This document shows positions 43,277 to 53,036 of a stretch of DNA of 64,000 nt, piece after piece. The stretch's first letter is position 1, and the number at the start of each line of letters is the position of its first letter. The translations under genes were made by a program, and so were the position numbers. The notes beneath the pieces are model-generated. The model did not search any database, was not told where the DNA came from, and saw nothing but the letters and a program-made list of their open reading frames with translations. The DNA comes from Streptosporangiales bacterium (GTDB taxonomy: Bacteria > Actinomycetota > Actinomycetes > Streptosporangiales > WHST01), in assembly GCA_050698355.1 (NCBI GenBank), contig JBOHBN010000132.1, forward strand, positions 1,195 through 65,194, read 5' to 3'.

Positions 43277-44541
43277 CGGGGAGTCGGACCTACGGGTGCG
43301 ACGCAATCGACGGCGGCGATGTCCGAGCGGTGGTGCGCGCCGGGGATGTGGATGCGCTCGACCGCCCCGTACGCGGCGGCACGCGCCTGCAGGACCCCCG
43401 GTCCGCGCCCCACGACGCTGAGCACGCGACCGCCCGCCGTCACGAGACCGCCGCCGTCGCGGCGGGTGCCCGCCTGCAGGACGTACGCATCCGGCCCGGC
43501 GGCCGCGTCGGCGACGCCGTCGATGGGATCGCCGGTCTCGGGCTTCTCCGGGTAGTTCGCCGCTGCCATGACCACCGCGACCGCCGCGTCGGGAGCCGAC
43601 CTGGGCGCCTCGGCTCCGGCCAGGTCACCCCTGGCAGCCGCGGCCAGCAACTCGCCGAGCGGCGACCGCAGCCTGGCCAGGACGACCTGCGCCTCCGGGT
43701 CGCCGAACCGGCAGTTGAACTCCACGACCCGCGGGCCGCGTGCGGTGAGCGCGAGGCCCGCGTACAGCACGCCGACGAACGGCGCGTCGCGATGAGCCAT
43801 CTCGGCGACGGTCGGTCGTACGATCCGCGCGACGACGTCCTCGGCGAGGTCGCACGGTGCCCAAGGCAGCGGCGAGTACGCACCCATGCCGCCGGTGTTG
43901 GGGCCCTCGTCGCCGTCGTACGCGCGCTTGAAGTCCTGTGCGGGCTCGAACGCCACGACCCGCGTGCCGTCGCAGACGGCGAACACCGACACCTCCGGCC
44001 CGTCGAGGTACTCCTCGACCACGACCTCCCCGCAGCTGCTCGCGTGCGCGAGCGCGGCGGCACGGTCCCGCGTCACCACGACGCCCTTGCCCGCCGCGAG
44101 GCCATCCTGCTTCACGACGTACGGCGGGCCGAACGCGTCGAGCGCGGAGTCGACCTCCGCGGGCGTCGTGCAGGCGTACGCCCGCGCCGTCGGCACGCCC
44201 GCCGCCGCCGCCATCACGTCCTTGGCGAACGCCTTGGACCCCTCGAGCCGCGCCGCCGCCGCACTCGGGCCGAAGCAGGCAATACCTCGCTCGGCGAGCG
44301 CGTCGGCGAGGCCCGCGACCAGCGGTGCCTCGGGCCCGACGACGACGAGGTCGGCGGCGAGCCGGCGGGCCAGCTCGGTGAGCCCGGCGATGTCATCGGC
44401 ACGGACATCGTGGACCTCGGCCAGCTCCGCGATGCCCGGGTTGCCCGGTGCGGCGTGCAGCTCGCGGACGGCCGGGTCGGCGTCGAGCGACCGCGCGAGC
44501 GCGTGCTCCCGGCCGCCGCTGCCGACCAGCAGGACCCTCAT
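43273..44541 (-). CDS. purD: phosphoribosylamine--glycine ligase
   Basis: MRVLLVGSGGREHAL, ATP-grasp GKGVVV, NTGGMG and EFNCRFGDPE. Confidence 0.9.
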   Translation of the reverse strand: MRVLLVGSGGREHALARSLDADPAVRELHAAPGNPGIAELAEVHDVRADDIAGLTELARRLAADLVVVGPEAPLVAGLADALAERGIACFGPSAAAARLEGSKAFAKDVMAAAAGVPTARAYACTTPAEVDSALDAFGPPYVVKQDGLAAGKGVVVTRDRAAALAHASSCGEVVVEEYLDGPEVSVFAVCDGTRVVAFEPAQDFKRAYDGDEGPNTGGMGAYSPLPWAPCDLAEDVVARIVRPTVAEMAHRDAPFVGVLYAGLALTARGPRVVEFNCRFGDPEAQVVLARLRSPLGELLAAAARGDLAGAEAPRSAPDAAVAVVMAAANYPEKPETGDPIDGVADAAAGPDAYVLQAGTRRDGGGLVTAGGRVLSVVGRGPGVLQARAAAYGAVERIHIPGAHHRSDIAAVDCVAPVGPTPR

Positions 44542-44560
44542 GCGCCACCACTCCCCGTAC

Positions 44561-44604
44561 TTGTCAGTGCCTCATAGAGCTAAAGGTCGACGAGGCACTG
44601 ACAA
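44561..44604 (-). terminator. 13-bp-stem hairpin downstream of purA
   Basis: TTGTCAGTGCCTC-N18-GAGGCACTGACAA lies 18 nt after the purA stop (44622) and 20 nt before the purD start (44541). Confidence 0.5.
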
Positions 44605-44621
44605 CGTCCGGAAACCAGCCA

Positions 44622-45905
<1,284 letters not shown>

Positions 45906-45906
45906 G

Positions 45907-46326
45907 TCAGCTCCCGAGCGCGTCAGCGGCAGCGGGGCTGCTGGCCCGCAGGAAGTCCGAGCACCGCGTCGCCTCGTCGTCTTCGCCGATCGCGGCGGCC
46001 GCGCGACCGAGTAGGGACACCGAGCGCAAGAAGCCCCGGTTCGGCTCGTGCTCCCAGGGCACGGGCCCGTTGCCGCCCCAGCCGGCCCTGCGCAGCTGGT
46101 CAAGCCCGCGGTGGTACCCGGTGCGCGCGTAGGCGTACGCCGCTACGGTCTCGCCGCGCTCGTACGCGCGCTCCGCCAGCGCGGCCCAGGCGGCCGAGTA
46201 CGTGGGGAACCGTGCGGCGGCGTCGGCGGGGTCGTCCGCGCCGTCGAGCGCGGCGCGCGCCTCCGGCTCCTCCGGCAGGTGCACCGGCTGCGGCGTGGCG
46301 AGCAGGTCGCCGTGCAGCCCACTCAT
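45907..46326 (-). CDS. DUF3151 domain-containing protein
   Basis: [61 protein letters not shown] is the conserved fba-purA intergenic gene of Actinobacteria. ATG 46326 overlaps the fba stop. Confidence 0.7.
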   Translation of the reverse strand: MSGLHGDLLATPQPVHLPEEPEARAALDGADDPADAAARFPTYSAAWAALAERAYERGETVAAYAYARTGYHRGLDQLRRAGWGGNGPVPWEHEPNRGFLRSVSLLGRAAAAIGEDDEATRCSDFLRASSPAAADALGS

Positions 46327-47351
46327 GCGCTGGCCAGCGAAGTGCCGGCGGACCGGAGGTTCTCGCACGCCTGCACGACGCGCTTCGCCATCGACTCCTC
46401 GCCCGCCTTGCCCCAGGCGCGCGGGTCGTACGCCTTCTTGTTGCCGACCTCGCCGTCGACCTTCAACACGCCCTCGTAGTTCTCGAACATGTGCGCGGCG
46501 ACCGCGCGGGTGAACGCGTACTGGGTGTCGGTGTCGACGTTCATCTTGACCACGCCGTAGTCCAATGCCTGGTGGATCTCCTCGAGCAGCGAGCCCGACC
46601 CGCCGTGGAAGACGAGGTCGAACGGCTTCTCACCACCGTGCTCGGCGGCCACGGCGTCCTGGATCGACTTCAGCACATCCGGCCGCAGCTTGACGTTGCC
46701 GGGCTTGTAGACGCCGTGCACGTTGCCGAACGTGGCGGCCAGCAGGTAGCGGCCGCGGTCGCCGAGGCCCAGCTTCTGCGCGGTCGCGACCGCGTCGCCC
46801 GGCGTCGAGTACAGCTTCTCGTTCATCTCGCCGACGACGCCGTCCTCCTCGCCGCCGACCACGCCGATCTCCATCTCCATGATCACGTGGGCGGCCGCGC
46901 ACTTGTCGAGCAGCTCGGCGGCGATGTCGAGGTTCTCGTCGAGCGGCACCGCGGAGCCGTCCCACATGTGCGACTGGAAATACGGCTCGTTACCCGCGGC
47001 GACGCGCTCCGCGGACAGCTCCACCAGCGGGCGCATGTACCCGTCCAGCTTGTCCTTCGGGCAGTGGTCGGTGTGCAGTGCGATGTTCACCGGGTACTTC
47101 GTCGCCACGACCCGCGCGTACTCGGCAAACGCGACAGCGCCGGTCACCATGTCCTTGACGGTCGGCCCGGACGCGTACTCCGCACCGCCGGTCGACAGCT
47201 GCACGATGCCGTCGCTGCCCGCTTCGGCGAAGCCGCGCAGCGCCGCGTTCAGGGTCTGGCTCGAGCTGACGTTGATCGCGGGGTACGCGAACCGCTCCGC
47301 CTTGGCGTTGTCGAGCATCGAGGCGTACACATCGGGTGACGCGATGGGCAT
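46323..47351 (-). CDS. fba: class II fructose-bisphosphate aldolase
   Basis: MPIASPDVYASMLDNAKAERFAYPAINV, LHTDHC, MWDGS and FHGGSGS. Confidence 0.9.
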   Translation of the reverse strand: MPIASPDVYASMLDNAKAERFAYPAINVSSSQTLNAALRGFAEAGSDGIVQLSTGGAEYASGPTVKDMVTGAVAFAEYARVVATKYPVNIALHTDHCPKDKLDGYMRPLVELSAERVAAGNEPYFQSHMWDGSAVPLDENLDIAAELLDKCAAAHVIMEMEIGVVGGEEDGVVGEMNEKLYSTPGDAVATAQKLGLGDRGRYLLAATFGNVHGVYKPGNVKLRPDVLKSIQDAVAAEHGGEKPFDLVFHGGSGSLLEEIHQALDYGVVKMNVDTDTQYAFTRAVAAHMFENYEGVLKVDGEVGNKKAYDPRAWGKAGEESMAKRVVQACENLRSAGTSLASA

Positions 47352-47429
47352 AGCGAACCCCTCCTAGCAATCGAGCAGAGCACATACTCGCAGCACGTTG
47401 TCCGGGTTCCCAAGGTACCCTCGGCAGGG

Positions 47430-48158
47430 ATGGCCACCTTCGTGGCCGCGCTCGCGGCCAATAGTCAGCAAGCCGCGGGCATACTCCCGGGCTGGCTCGA
47501 CCCGCAGGTGATCATCCCGGCGGTGGGATTCGCCGGCATCCTCGCCATCCTCTTCGCCGAGACCGGCCTGCTCGTCGGGTTCTTCCTGCCGGGAGACTCG
47601 CTGCTGTTCACCGCGGGGCTGTTCGCCACCGAGGTCGGCTACCGCCTGCACGCGCACCTCGAGCTCCCGCTGCTGCTGGCGTGCTGCCCGGTCGCCGCGG
47701 TCGCCGGCGCGCAGCTCGGCCACTTCATCGGCCAGCGCGGCGGGCGGCGCCTGTTCGACCGCAAGGAGTCACGGCTCTTCAAACAGGAGTACGTGCAGCG
47801 CGCCGAGCACTACTTCCAGCGCTTCGGGCCCGCGCGGGCAGTCGTGCTGGCCCGGTTCATCCCCATCGTCCGCACGTTCCTCAACCCGGTCGCCGGTATC
47901 CTGGGGATGCGTGCCCGCCGCTTCCTGGTCTGGAACGCCGTCGGCGGGATCCTGTGGACCGAGGCGGTCCTCCTCCTCGGCTACTTCCTGGGCAAGACCA
48001 TCCCCGGCGTCGACCGTTACCTGCTGCCGGCGATCGTGCTGATCATCGTCGTCTCGCTGATCCCGGTGGCCACCGAGGTGATGCGGGCCCGCCACGTCGC
48101 CAAGCGCGAGCGCGCGGTCGGCAGCCACCGGAAGGACTCGGCAGCCCGCGCCGAGTGA
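47430..48158 (+). CDS. DedA-family membrane protein
   Basis: ETGLLVGFFLPGDSLLFTAGLFA and RFIPIVRTF are DedA/SNARE-associated signatures. Confidence 0.85.
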   Translation: MATFVAALAANSQQAAGILPGWLDPQVIIPAVGFAGILAILFAETGLLVGFFLPGDSLLFTAGLFATEVGYRLHAHLELPLLLACCPVAAVAGAQLGHFIGQRGGRRLFDRKESRLFKQEYVQRAEHYFQRFGPARAVVLARFIPIVRTFLNPVAGILGMRARRFLVWNAVGGILWTEAVLLLGYFLGKTIPGVDRYLLPAIVLIIVVSLIPVATEVMRARHVAKRERAVGSHRKDSAARAE

Positions 48159-48181
48159 GCGGCGCGGAACTCCTACGTCCG

Positions 48182-48233
48182 GTGATCACGAAAGATCGTT
48201 GTAGCTATAGCTACTAACATGTTTCATGATCAC
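48182..48233. repeat. copy D of the 52-bp palindromic repeat (imperfect arms)
   Basis: GTGATCACGAAAGATCGTTGTAGCTATAGCTACTAACATGTTTCATGATCAC matches copy B at 44/52 by hand count. It contains the stop codon of the downstream minus-strand gene at repeat positions 49-51. Confidence 0.9.
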
Positions 48234-49465
48234 GGGAACAGGGCGCGCACCCCGTCGAGCAGGCGGTCGATATCGGACTCGTCGGTGTACGGCGCGAGGC
48301 CCGCCCGTACCGCGCCGTCCGGCATGAGCCCCAGCCGACGCGCGCCCTCGACCGCGTAGAACGTGCCGGCAGGAGCGTTCACTCCGCGCTCGGCCAGCCG
48401 GGCGGCCACGGTCGCGGCGGGCACGCCGTGCACGGAGAACAGCGCCGTCGGCGTGCGCCGCCGAGCGTGCCCGTAGAGCAGTACGCCGGGGATCCGCGCC
48501 AGCTCGTCGCGCAGCCGCTCGAACATCCCCCACTCGTACGCCTCCAAGACGTTCATCGAGCGGAGCAGGCGGTCACGGCGAGCTCCGTCTCCCGGCACCA
48601 GGCCCGCCAGGAAGTCCACGGCGGCGGTCGTGCCGGCCAGCAGTTCGTACGGCAGCGTGCCGAACTCGAACCGCTCGGGGCCGGCGTCGGGCATCGGCAA
48701 CAGCCTGTCCGGCGAGAGCCGGTCGAGCGTCGCCGGTGCGGCGACGACCACACCGAGGTGGGGGCCGAGGAACTTGTACGTCGAGCATGCGTAGAAGTCC
48801 GCGCCGAGGGTGGACACGTCGACGGGTGTGTGCGGGGTCGCGTGCACGCCGTCGACGTAGATCATCGCCCCGGCCCGATGCGCCAGGTCGGCGATCACCG
48901 CGACATCGGGGCGCGTGCCGATCAGGTTGGACGCCGCGGTCACCGCGACAAGCTTCGTCCGCTCGGTGAGCACCTCGCCGACCGCCTCGGGCGCCAGTTC
49001 CCCGGTCTCCGGGTCGAACTCCGCCCACCGGACGGTCGCGCCGCTGGCTTCCGCCGCCTGCACCCAGGGGCGCACGTTGCCGTCGTGGTCCAGGGCCGAC
49101 ACGACGACCTCGTCCCCCGGGCCCCAGCCCTTCGCCAGCGTCCGGGCCACGTCGTAGGTGAGCTGGGTCATGCTGCGCCCGAACACCACGCCGTCGGGCT
49201 CGACGCCGAGCAGGTCGGCGATCGCGTCCCGCGCGGCCACGACGATCCCGTCGGCCCGCCGGGCGGCCGCGGTCTCCGTGCCCCGGTTGGCGACCGCGGC
49301 GCGCAGCGTGGCGCCCACTGCGTCGGCGACCGCGCTCGGCACCTGCGAGCCACCCGGCCCGTCGAAGTGCGCCGCGCCCTCGGCCAGCGCGGGAAACTCG
49401 GCGCGCACCGCACGCACGTCGTACGCGGGCGCGGCTTGCACGGCCTGCACCGGTTCGTCTGCCAT
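48230..49465 (-). CDS. class V aminotransferase, cysteine-desulfurase-like protein
   Basis: Fold-type I PLP enzyme pattern with YVDGVHATPH and the STYKFLGPHLG Lys motif seen in the cysteine desulfurase-like (SufS-related) subfamily. Confidence 0.8.
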   Translation of the reverse strand: MADEPVQAVQAAPAYDVRAVRAEFPALAEGAAHFDGPGGSQVPSAVADAVGATLRAAVANRGTETAAARRADGIVVAARDAIADLLGVEPDGVVFGRSMTQLTYDVARTLAKGWGPGDEVVVSALDHDGNVRPWVQAAEASGATVRWAEFDPETGELAPEAVGEVLTERTKLVAVTAASNLIGTRPDVAVIADLAHRAGAMIYVDGVHATPHTPVDVSTLGADFYACSTYKFLGPHLGVVVAAPATLDRLSPDRLLPMPDAGPERFEFGTLPYELLAGTTAAVDFLAGLVPGDGARRDRLLRSMNVLEAYEWGMFERLRDELARIPGVLLYGHARRRTPTALFSVHGVPAATVAARLAERGVNAPAGTFYAVEGARRLGLMPDGAVRAGLAPYTDESDIDRLLDGVRALFP

Positions 49466-49480
49466 GGCGTGTCCCTCCAG

Positions 49481-50017
49481 CTAGCTGATGCCGAGGTCGG
49501 CGAGCGTGTACGCGGCGCGGTACGGCAGCCCGCGCTCCTCGATCGCGTCCCGGGCGCCTCGCTCGACGATGACGGCGACGCCGACCACGTCGGCGCCGTG
49601 CTCGCGCAGCGCGTCGGCGGCGGTGAGAACCGACCCGCCGGTGGTCGAGGTGTCCTCGACGGCAAGTACCCGCCGCCCGGCGACCTCGGGGCCCTCGATG
49701 CGGCGCTGCAGGCCGTGCGCCTTGCCCTCCTTGCGGACGACGAACGCGTCCAGCGCGTCACCCGCGGCCGCCGCGGCGTGCAGCATCGCCGTACCGACCG
49801 GGTCGGCGCCGATGGTGAGCCCGCCCGCCGCCTCGTAGCTCCAGTCCGCGGTGAGCTCTCGCATCACCCGGCCCACCAACGGTGCGGCATGCGCATCCAG
49901 CGTCACCCGGCGCAGGTCGACGTAGTGGTCGGCCTGGCCACCGGAGGAAAGCGTCACCGGGCCGGGTATCACCGCCCGGGCCTTGATCAGCGCGAGCAGC
50001 TCAGCACGGTCGGACAT
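49481..50017 (-). CDS. pyrE: orotate phosphoribosyltransferase
   Basis: FTLSSG-type LSSGGQADHYVDLR and the PRPP motif VLAVEDTSTTGGS. ATG 50017 was chosen. Confidence 0.9.
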   Translation of the reverse strand: MSDRAELLALIKARAVIPGPVTLSSGGQADHYVDLRRVTLDAHAAPLVGRVMRELTADWSYEAAGGLTIGADPVGTAMLHAAAAAGDALDAFVVRKEGKAHGLQRRIEGPEVAGRRVLAVEDTSTTGGSVLTAADALREHGADVVGVAVIVERGARDAIEERGLPYRAAYTLADLGIS

Positions 50018-50028
50018 CACCGGTGAGG

Positions 50029-50784
50029 CTACCGGCCCAGCCGACCGGACACCGCGGACACCCACGAGCGAGGTGCGTACCTGGCCGCGGCCACGATGCG
50101 CTTGTACCGGCGGCTCGGCACGCTGACCGTTGCGCCGCGGCGCAGGTCGTCGAGGGCCTCGTCCACGACCCGGTCGACGTCGAGCCACAGCGGGCCGGGG
50201 ATGGAGGTCTTGTCGAACTGCGCACGCTGGTGGAAGTCGGTGTGCGTGTAGCCGGGGCACACCGCGAGCACGCGTACGCCCGTGCCGCGCAGCTCGGTGG
50301 CGACGCTCTCGGTGAGCGCGGTGACGTACGCCTTTGCCGCGTTGTACGTGCTCTGCGGCACGAACCCGGCGACGCTCGACACGTTGATGACCACGCCGCG
50401 TCGCCGCGCGGCCATGGCACGTACGGCGACGTGGGTCAGCCGCAGCACCGCGCGCACCAGCACCCGCAGCTGCAGCTCCTCCTCGACCAGGCTGGACCGC
50501 AGGAAGCTCCGGTTCACCGCGAAACCCGCGTTGTTGACCAGCATGTCGACCGGAGCCACCTCGTCACCCAGCCGCCGCTCCACCGCGGCGAGGTCGGGGT
50601 CGTCGTTCAGGTCGGCGACCAGCGTCTCCACGTCGACGGCGTACCGGCGCAAGCGTGTGGCGGTCTCCTCGAGCCGGTCGGCCGTCCGGGCGACGAGGAC
50701 CAGGTGCCACCCCGCCTCGGCCAACCGCTGCGCGAACGTACGCCCGATTCCCGAGGTCGCACCCGTGACCAGTGCCCGTGCCAT
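50029..50784 (-). CDS. SDR-family oxidoreductase
   Basis: ALVTGATSGIGR (TGxxxGIG), NNAG and YNAAK catalytic motifs. ATG 50784 was chosen. Confidence 0.85.
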   Translation of the reverse strand: MARALVTGATSGIGRTFAQRLAEAGWHLVLVARTADRLEETATRLRRYAVDVETLVADLNDDPDLAAVERRLGDEVAPVDMLVNNAGFAVNRSFLRSSLVEEELQLRVLVRAVLRLTHVAVRAMAARRRGVVINVSSVAGFVPQSTYNAAKAYVTALTESVATELRGTGVRVLAVCPGYTHTDFHQRAQFDKTSIPGPLWLDVDRVVDEALDDLRRGATVSVPSRRYKRIVAAARYAPRSWVSAVSGRLGR

Positions 50785-50912
50785 GGCCTCAGTCTCGCAC
50801 CTGTTGAAACGGGGCTGGAGGCGATGTCGGCTCCAGCCCCGATGCGTGAGACGAGCGGCCACGCCATCCGGTTTCGCACTGGCTAGCCTGGTTGCTGCCG
50901 GAAGGGGGGACC

Positions 50913-51914
50913 GTGCCGAACGTCGACTCGCGAAACCGCCTGCTCGTGGCGCTGTACGGACCCACATCGTCGGGCAAGACGGCGCTGTCGCTGGATCTCG
51001 GCGAGCGGCTCCGCGACGAACACGGTAGGGCACCCGTGGTCATCTCCGCCGACTCCCGACAGGTCTACGAGCACATGGACGTCGGTACCAGCAAGATCCG
51101 GCGTGCCGACATGCGTGGCATCAGGCACGAGATGATCGATGTCACCGAGCCGGTGCGCAAGCTGGAGCTGGAGACGTACGTGTCGCAGGCCCGCGGCCAC
51201 ATCGAGGCCTGCTTCGCGGCGGGCGAGCTGCCCATGATCGTCGGCGGCACGGCGGTGTACCTCAAGTCACTGCTGGAGGGTTGGGAGGTCGACCGGACCG
51301 GCGCCGCGCGACGGTCGCTGCGCAGGGACTTTCCGCCGAGCATGGCCGCCGACGCGTACGCGACCCTGCGGCGGCTGGACCGCGCGGCGGCCAAGCGGGT
51401 CCATCCCAACAACTACGAGGGCGTGATCAACGCGCTGGCCCAGGCGATGGGCGGCCGGGAGGTGGAAGCCGGCGCGCCCGGCGCGCCCGGCGTGACCCAG
51501 GTCGTGCTCGGCCTCGACCGGCCCGCGCGCGACCTGGACGCGCGCGTCGCGCAGACGTTCGGCGAGCAGCTGGAAGGGGGGCTGCTCGACGAGGTGGTCG
51601 GCCTCGCCGAGCGCTACGACCTCGACGCCCGGATGCGGCGACAGGGTAGGAAGAGCAGCAACCAGGTGCTGCACACCCACGGCTATCGGGAGTTCTTCGA
51701 GGTCGCCAGCGAACGGGGCAAGGACGTCGCGGCACTGACCGGTGCCGAGGTCGGCGAGATCCGGGAGCGCGTCGTCAACACCATCCAGGCCCATACCCGC
51801 CGGCAGCGGGGTGCGTTCCGCAAGATGCCCGGGCTCGCCTTCGTCCGTACGGTCGATGACGCCGTACGCAGGTGTGTCAGTACCTCAGCCCGCTATGGCG
51901 GGCTGAGGTACTGA
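50913..51914 (+). CDS. isopentenyl-transferase (IPT/MiaA-like) family protein, divergent paralog
   Basis: LVALYGPTSSGKTALSLDL (P-loop), ISADSRQVYEHMDVGTSK (compare DSMQVY...IGTAK), IVGGTAVYLKSLL (compare GGTGLY), and THGYREF...HTRRQRGAFRK (compare IGYKE...YAKRQxTWFR). GTG 50913 is preceded by GGAAGGGGGG. The canonical motifs are altered throughout. Confidence 0.65.
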   Translation: MPNVDSRNRLLVALYGPTSSGKTALSLDLGERLRDEHGRAPVVISADSRQVYEHMDVGTSKIRRADMRGIRHEMIDVTEPVRKLELETYVSQARGHIEACFAAGELPMIVGGTAVYLKSLLEGWEVDRTGAARRSLRRDFPPSMAADAYATLRRLDRAAAKRVHPNNYEGVINALAQAMGGREVEAGAPGAPGVTQVVLGLDRPARDLDARVAQTFGEQLEGGLLDEVVGLAERYDLDARMRRQGRKSSNQVLHTHGYREFFEVASERGKDVAALTGAEVGEIRERVVNTIQAHTRRQRGAFRKMPGLAFVRTVDDAVRRCVSTSARYGGLRY

Positions 51915-51918
51915 CACA
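51873..51918. terminator. perfect 21-bp-stem hairpin with 4-nt loop overlapping the IPT-like gene stop
   Basis: TGTGTCAGTACCTCAGCCCGC-tatg-GCGGGCTGAGGTACTGACACA. The stop TGA 51912-51914 lies in the right arm, and there is no clear U-tract. Confidence 0.7.
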
Positions 51919-52003
51919 TTCCGTCAGCGACCGCGTCCCCGGCATTCCTGACGGGGCGGCATCCGTACCGGTTCCTTGGGCGAGACGGCCGTACGCTCGG
52001 GGC

Positions 52004-53032
52004 ATGCGCGCGTTCGCCCTGACGGTCCCCGGGATGCGTCCGCTGCTGACCGAGGAGGCCGCCGAGCGTGCCGCCCTGTCGGTGACCGACGGCGGCAACG
52101 ACGGGCGGGCCGACGTGGCGCTGCTCGAGACCGAGGCGGCCGACGCGCCGCTTGCCTTGCGCACGGCCGAGGACGTGTTCGTCGAGGTCGGCCGGACGAA
52201 GCGGTCGAGCGGTGACGACCCGCGCTGGATCGCCCGGCGTATCTGGCGTCCGGAACGAGTACAGCGCGCCTTGGCTGCGGTGGCCGGCCTGCGCCGGCCG
52301 CCCCCGCCTGCCGCGTCCTTCCGCGTGGTCACGCGACTCCTGCAGGAGCGAGCCTTCCTGCGCACCGAGCTACGCCGGCAACTCGTGACGACGATCCGGC
52401 GCGCGCATCCCGACTGGCGCGTCGAGGACCCAGCGGGCATGGAGGTGTGGGTCCTGGAGTACCGGCCCGGCCGCATCATCGCCGGCCTGCGGGTGTCGGG
52501 TGCCGCCATGCGCCAGCACGGGGGCCGCGCGGTGCAGCGCGCCGGTGCGTTACGGCCGGCCGTGGCCGCCGGCATGGTGCGGTTGGCGCGGCGGACAGAC
52601 CATGCCGAGACGCTGCTCGACCCGTGCTGCGGTTCCGGCACCGTTCTCAGCGAGGCGCTGCACGGTTGCTGGTCCACGGTCTACGGGACCGACATCAGCG
52701 GCAGCGCCGTACGAACCGCGAAACGCAACGCTGCCCGCGCCCAGGTCAGGCAGGGCGACGCGCGTCAGCTCGACCTGCCGGACGGCGCCGTGGCCGCCGT
52801 GGTGTCCAACCTGCCGTTCGGCAAGCAGTACAAGGTACGCGACAGCGAGCGCTGGATCGCCGACGTACTCGCCGAGGCTGACCGCGTGACCGCGCCGGGC
52901 GGCGCCGTCGTCGTGCTCGTACCGGCCATCCCCAAGCAGGCGATCCCCCGCTCCCTCGCCCTCAGACGGCGCGTACCGCTGCGGCTGCTCGGCACCAAAA
53001 CCACGGTGTGGTGCTTCGACCGTACGGGCTGA
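52004..53032 (+). CDS. THUMP-domain class I SAM-dependent RNA methyltransferase (UPF0020-type)
   Basis: The N-terminal half has THUMP-like alternating strands (FRVVTRL...MEVWVLEY...IAGLRVSG). It is followed by LRPAVAAGMVRLA, DPCCGSGTVLSEAL (motif I), GTDISGSAV and VVSNLPFG (NPPF/Y-type motif IV). ATG 52004 was chosen. Confidence 0.75.
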   Translation: MRAFALTVPGMRPLLTEEAAERAALSVTDGGNDGRADVALLETEAADAPLALRTAEDVFVEVGRTKRSSGDDPRWIARRIWRPERVQRALAAVAGLRRPPPPAASFRVVTRLLQERAFLRTELRRQLVTTIRRAHPDWRVEDPAGMEVWVLEYRPGRIIAGLRVSGAAMRQHGGRAVQRAGALRPAVAAGMVRLARRTDHAETLLDPCCGSGTVLSEALHGCWSTVYGTDISGSAVRTAKRNAARAQVRQGDARQLDLPDGAVAAVVSNLPFGKQYKVRDSERWIADVLAEADRVTAPGGAVVVLVPAIPKQAIPRSLALRRRVPLRLLGTKTTVWCFDRTG

Positions 53033-53036
53033 GGAG

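Noticed and set aside
44561-44590. TTGTCAGTG downstream of purA could be a RecA-NDp promoter.
   Set aside because: No TAnnnT hexamer lies 8 nt downstream (the sequence is AGCTAA), and no gene lies downstream in that orientation. The word is part of a hairpin arm.
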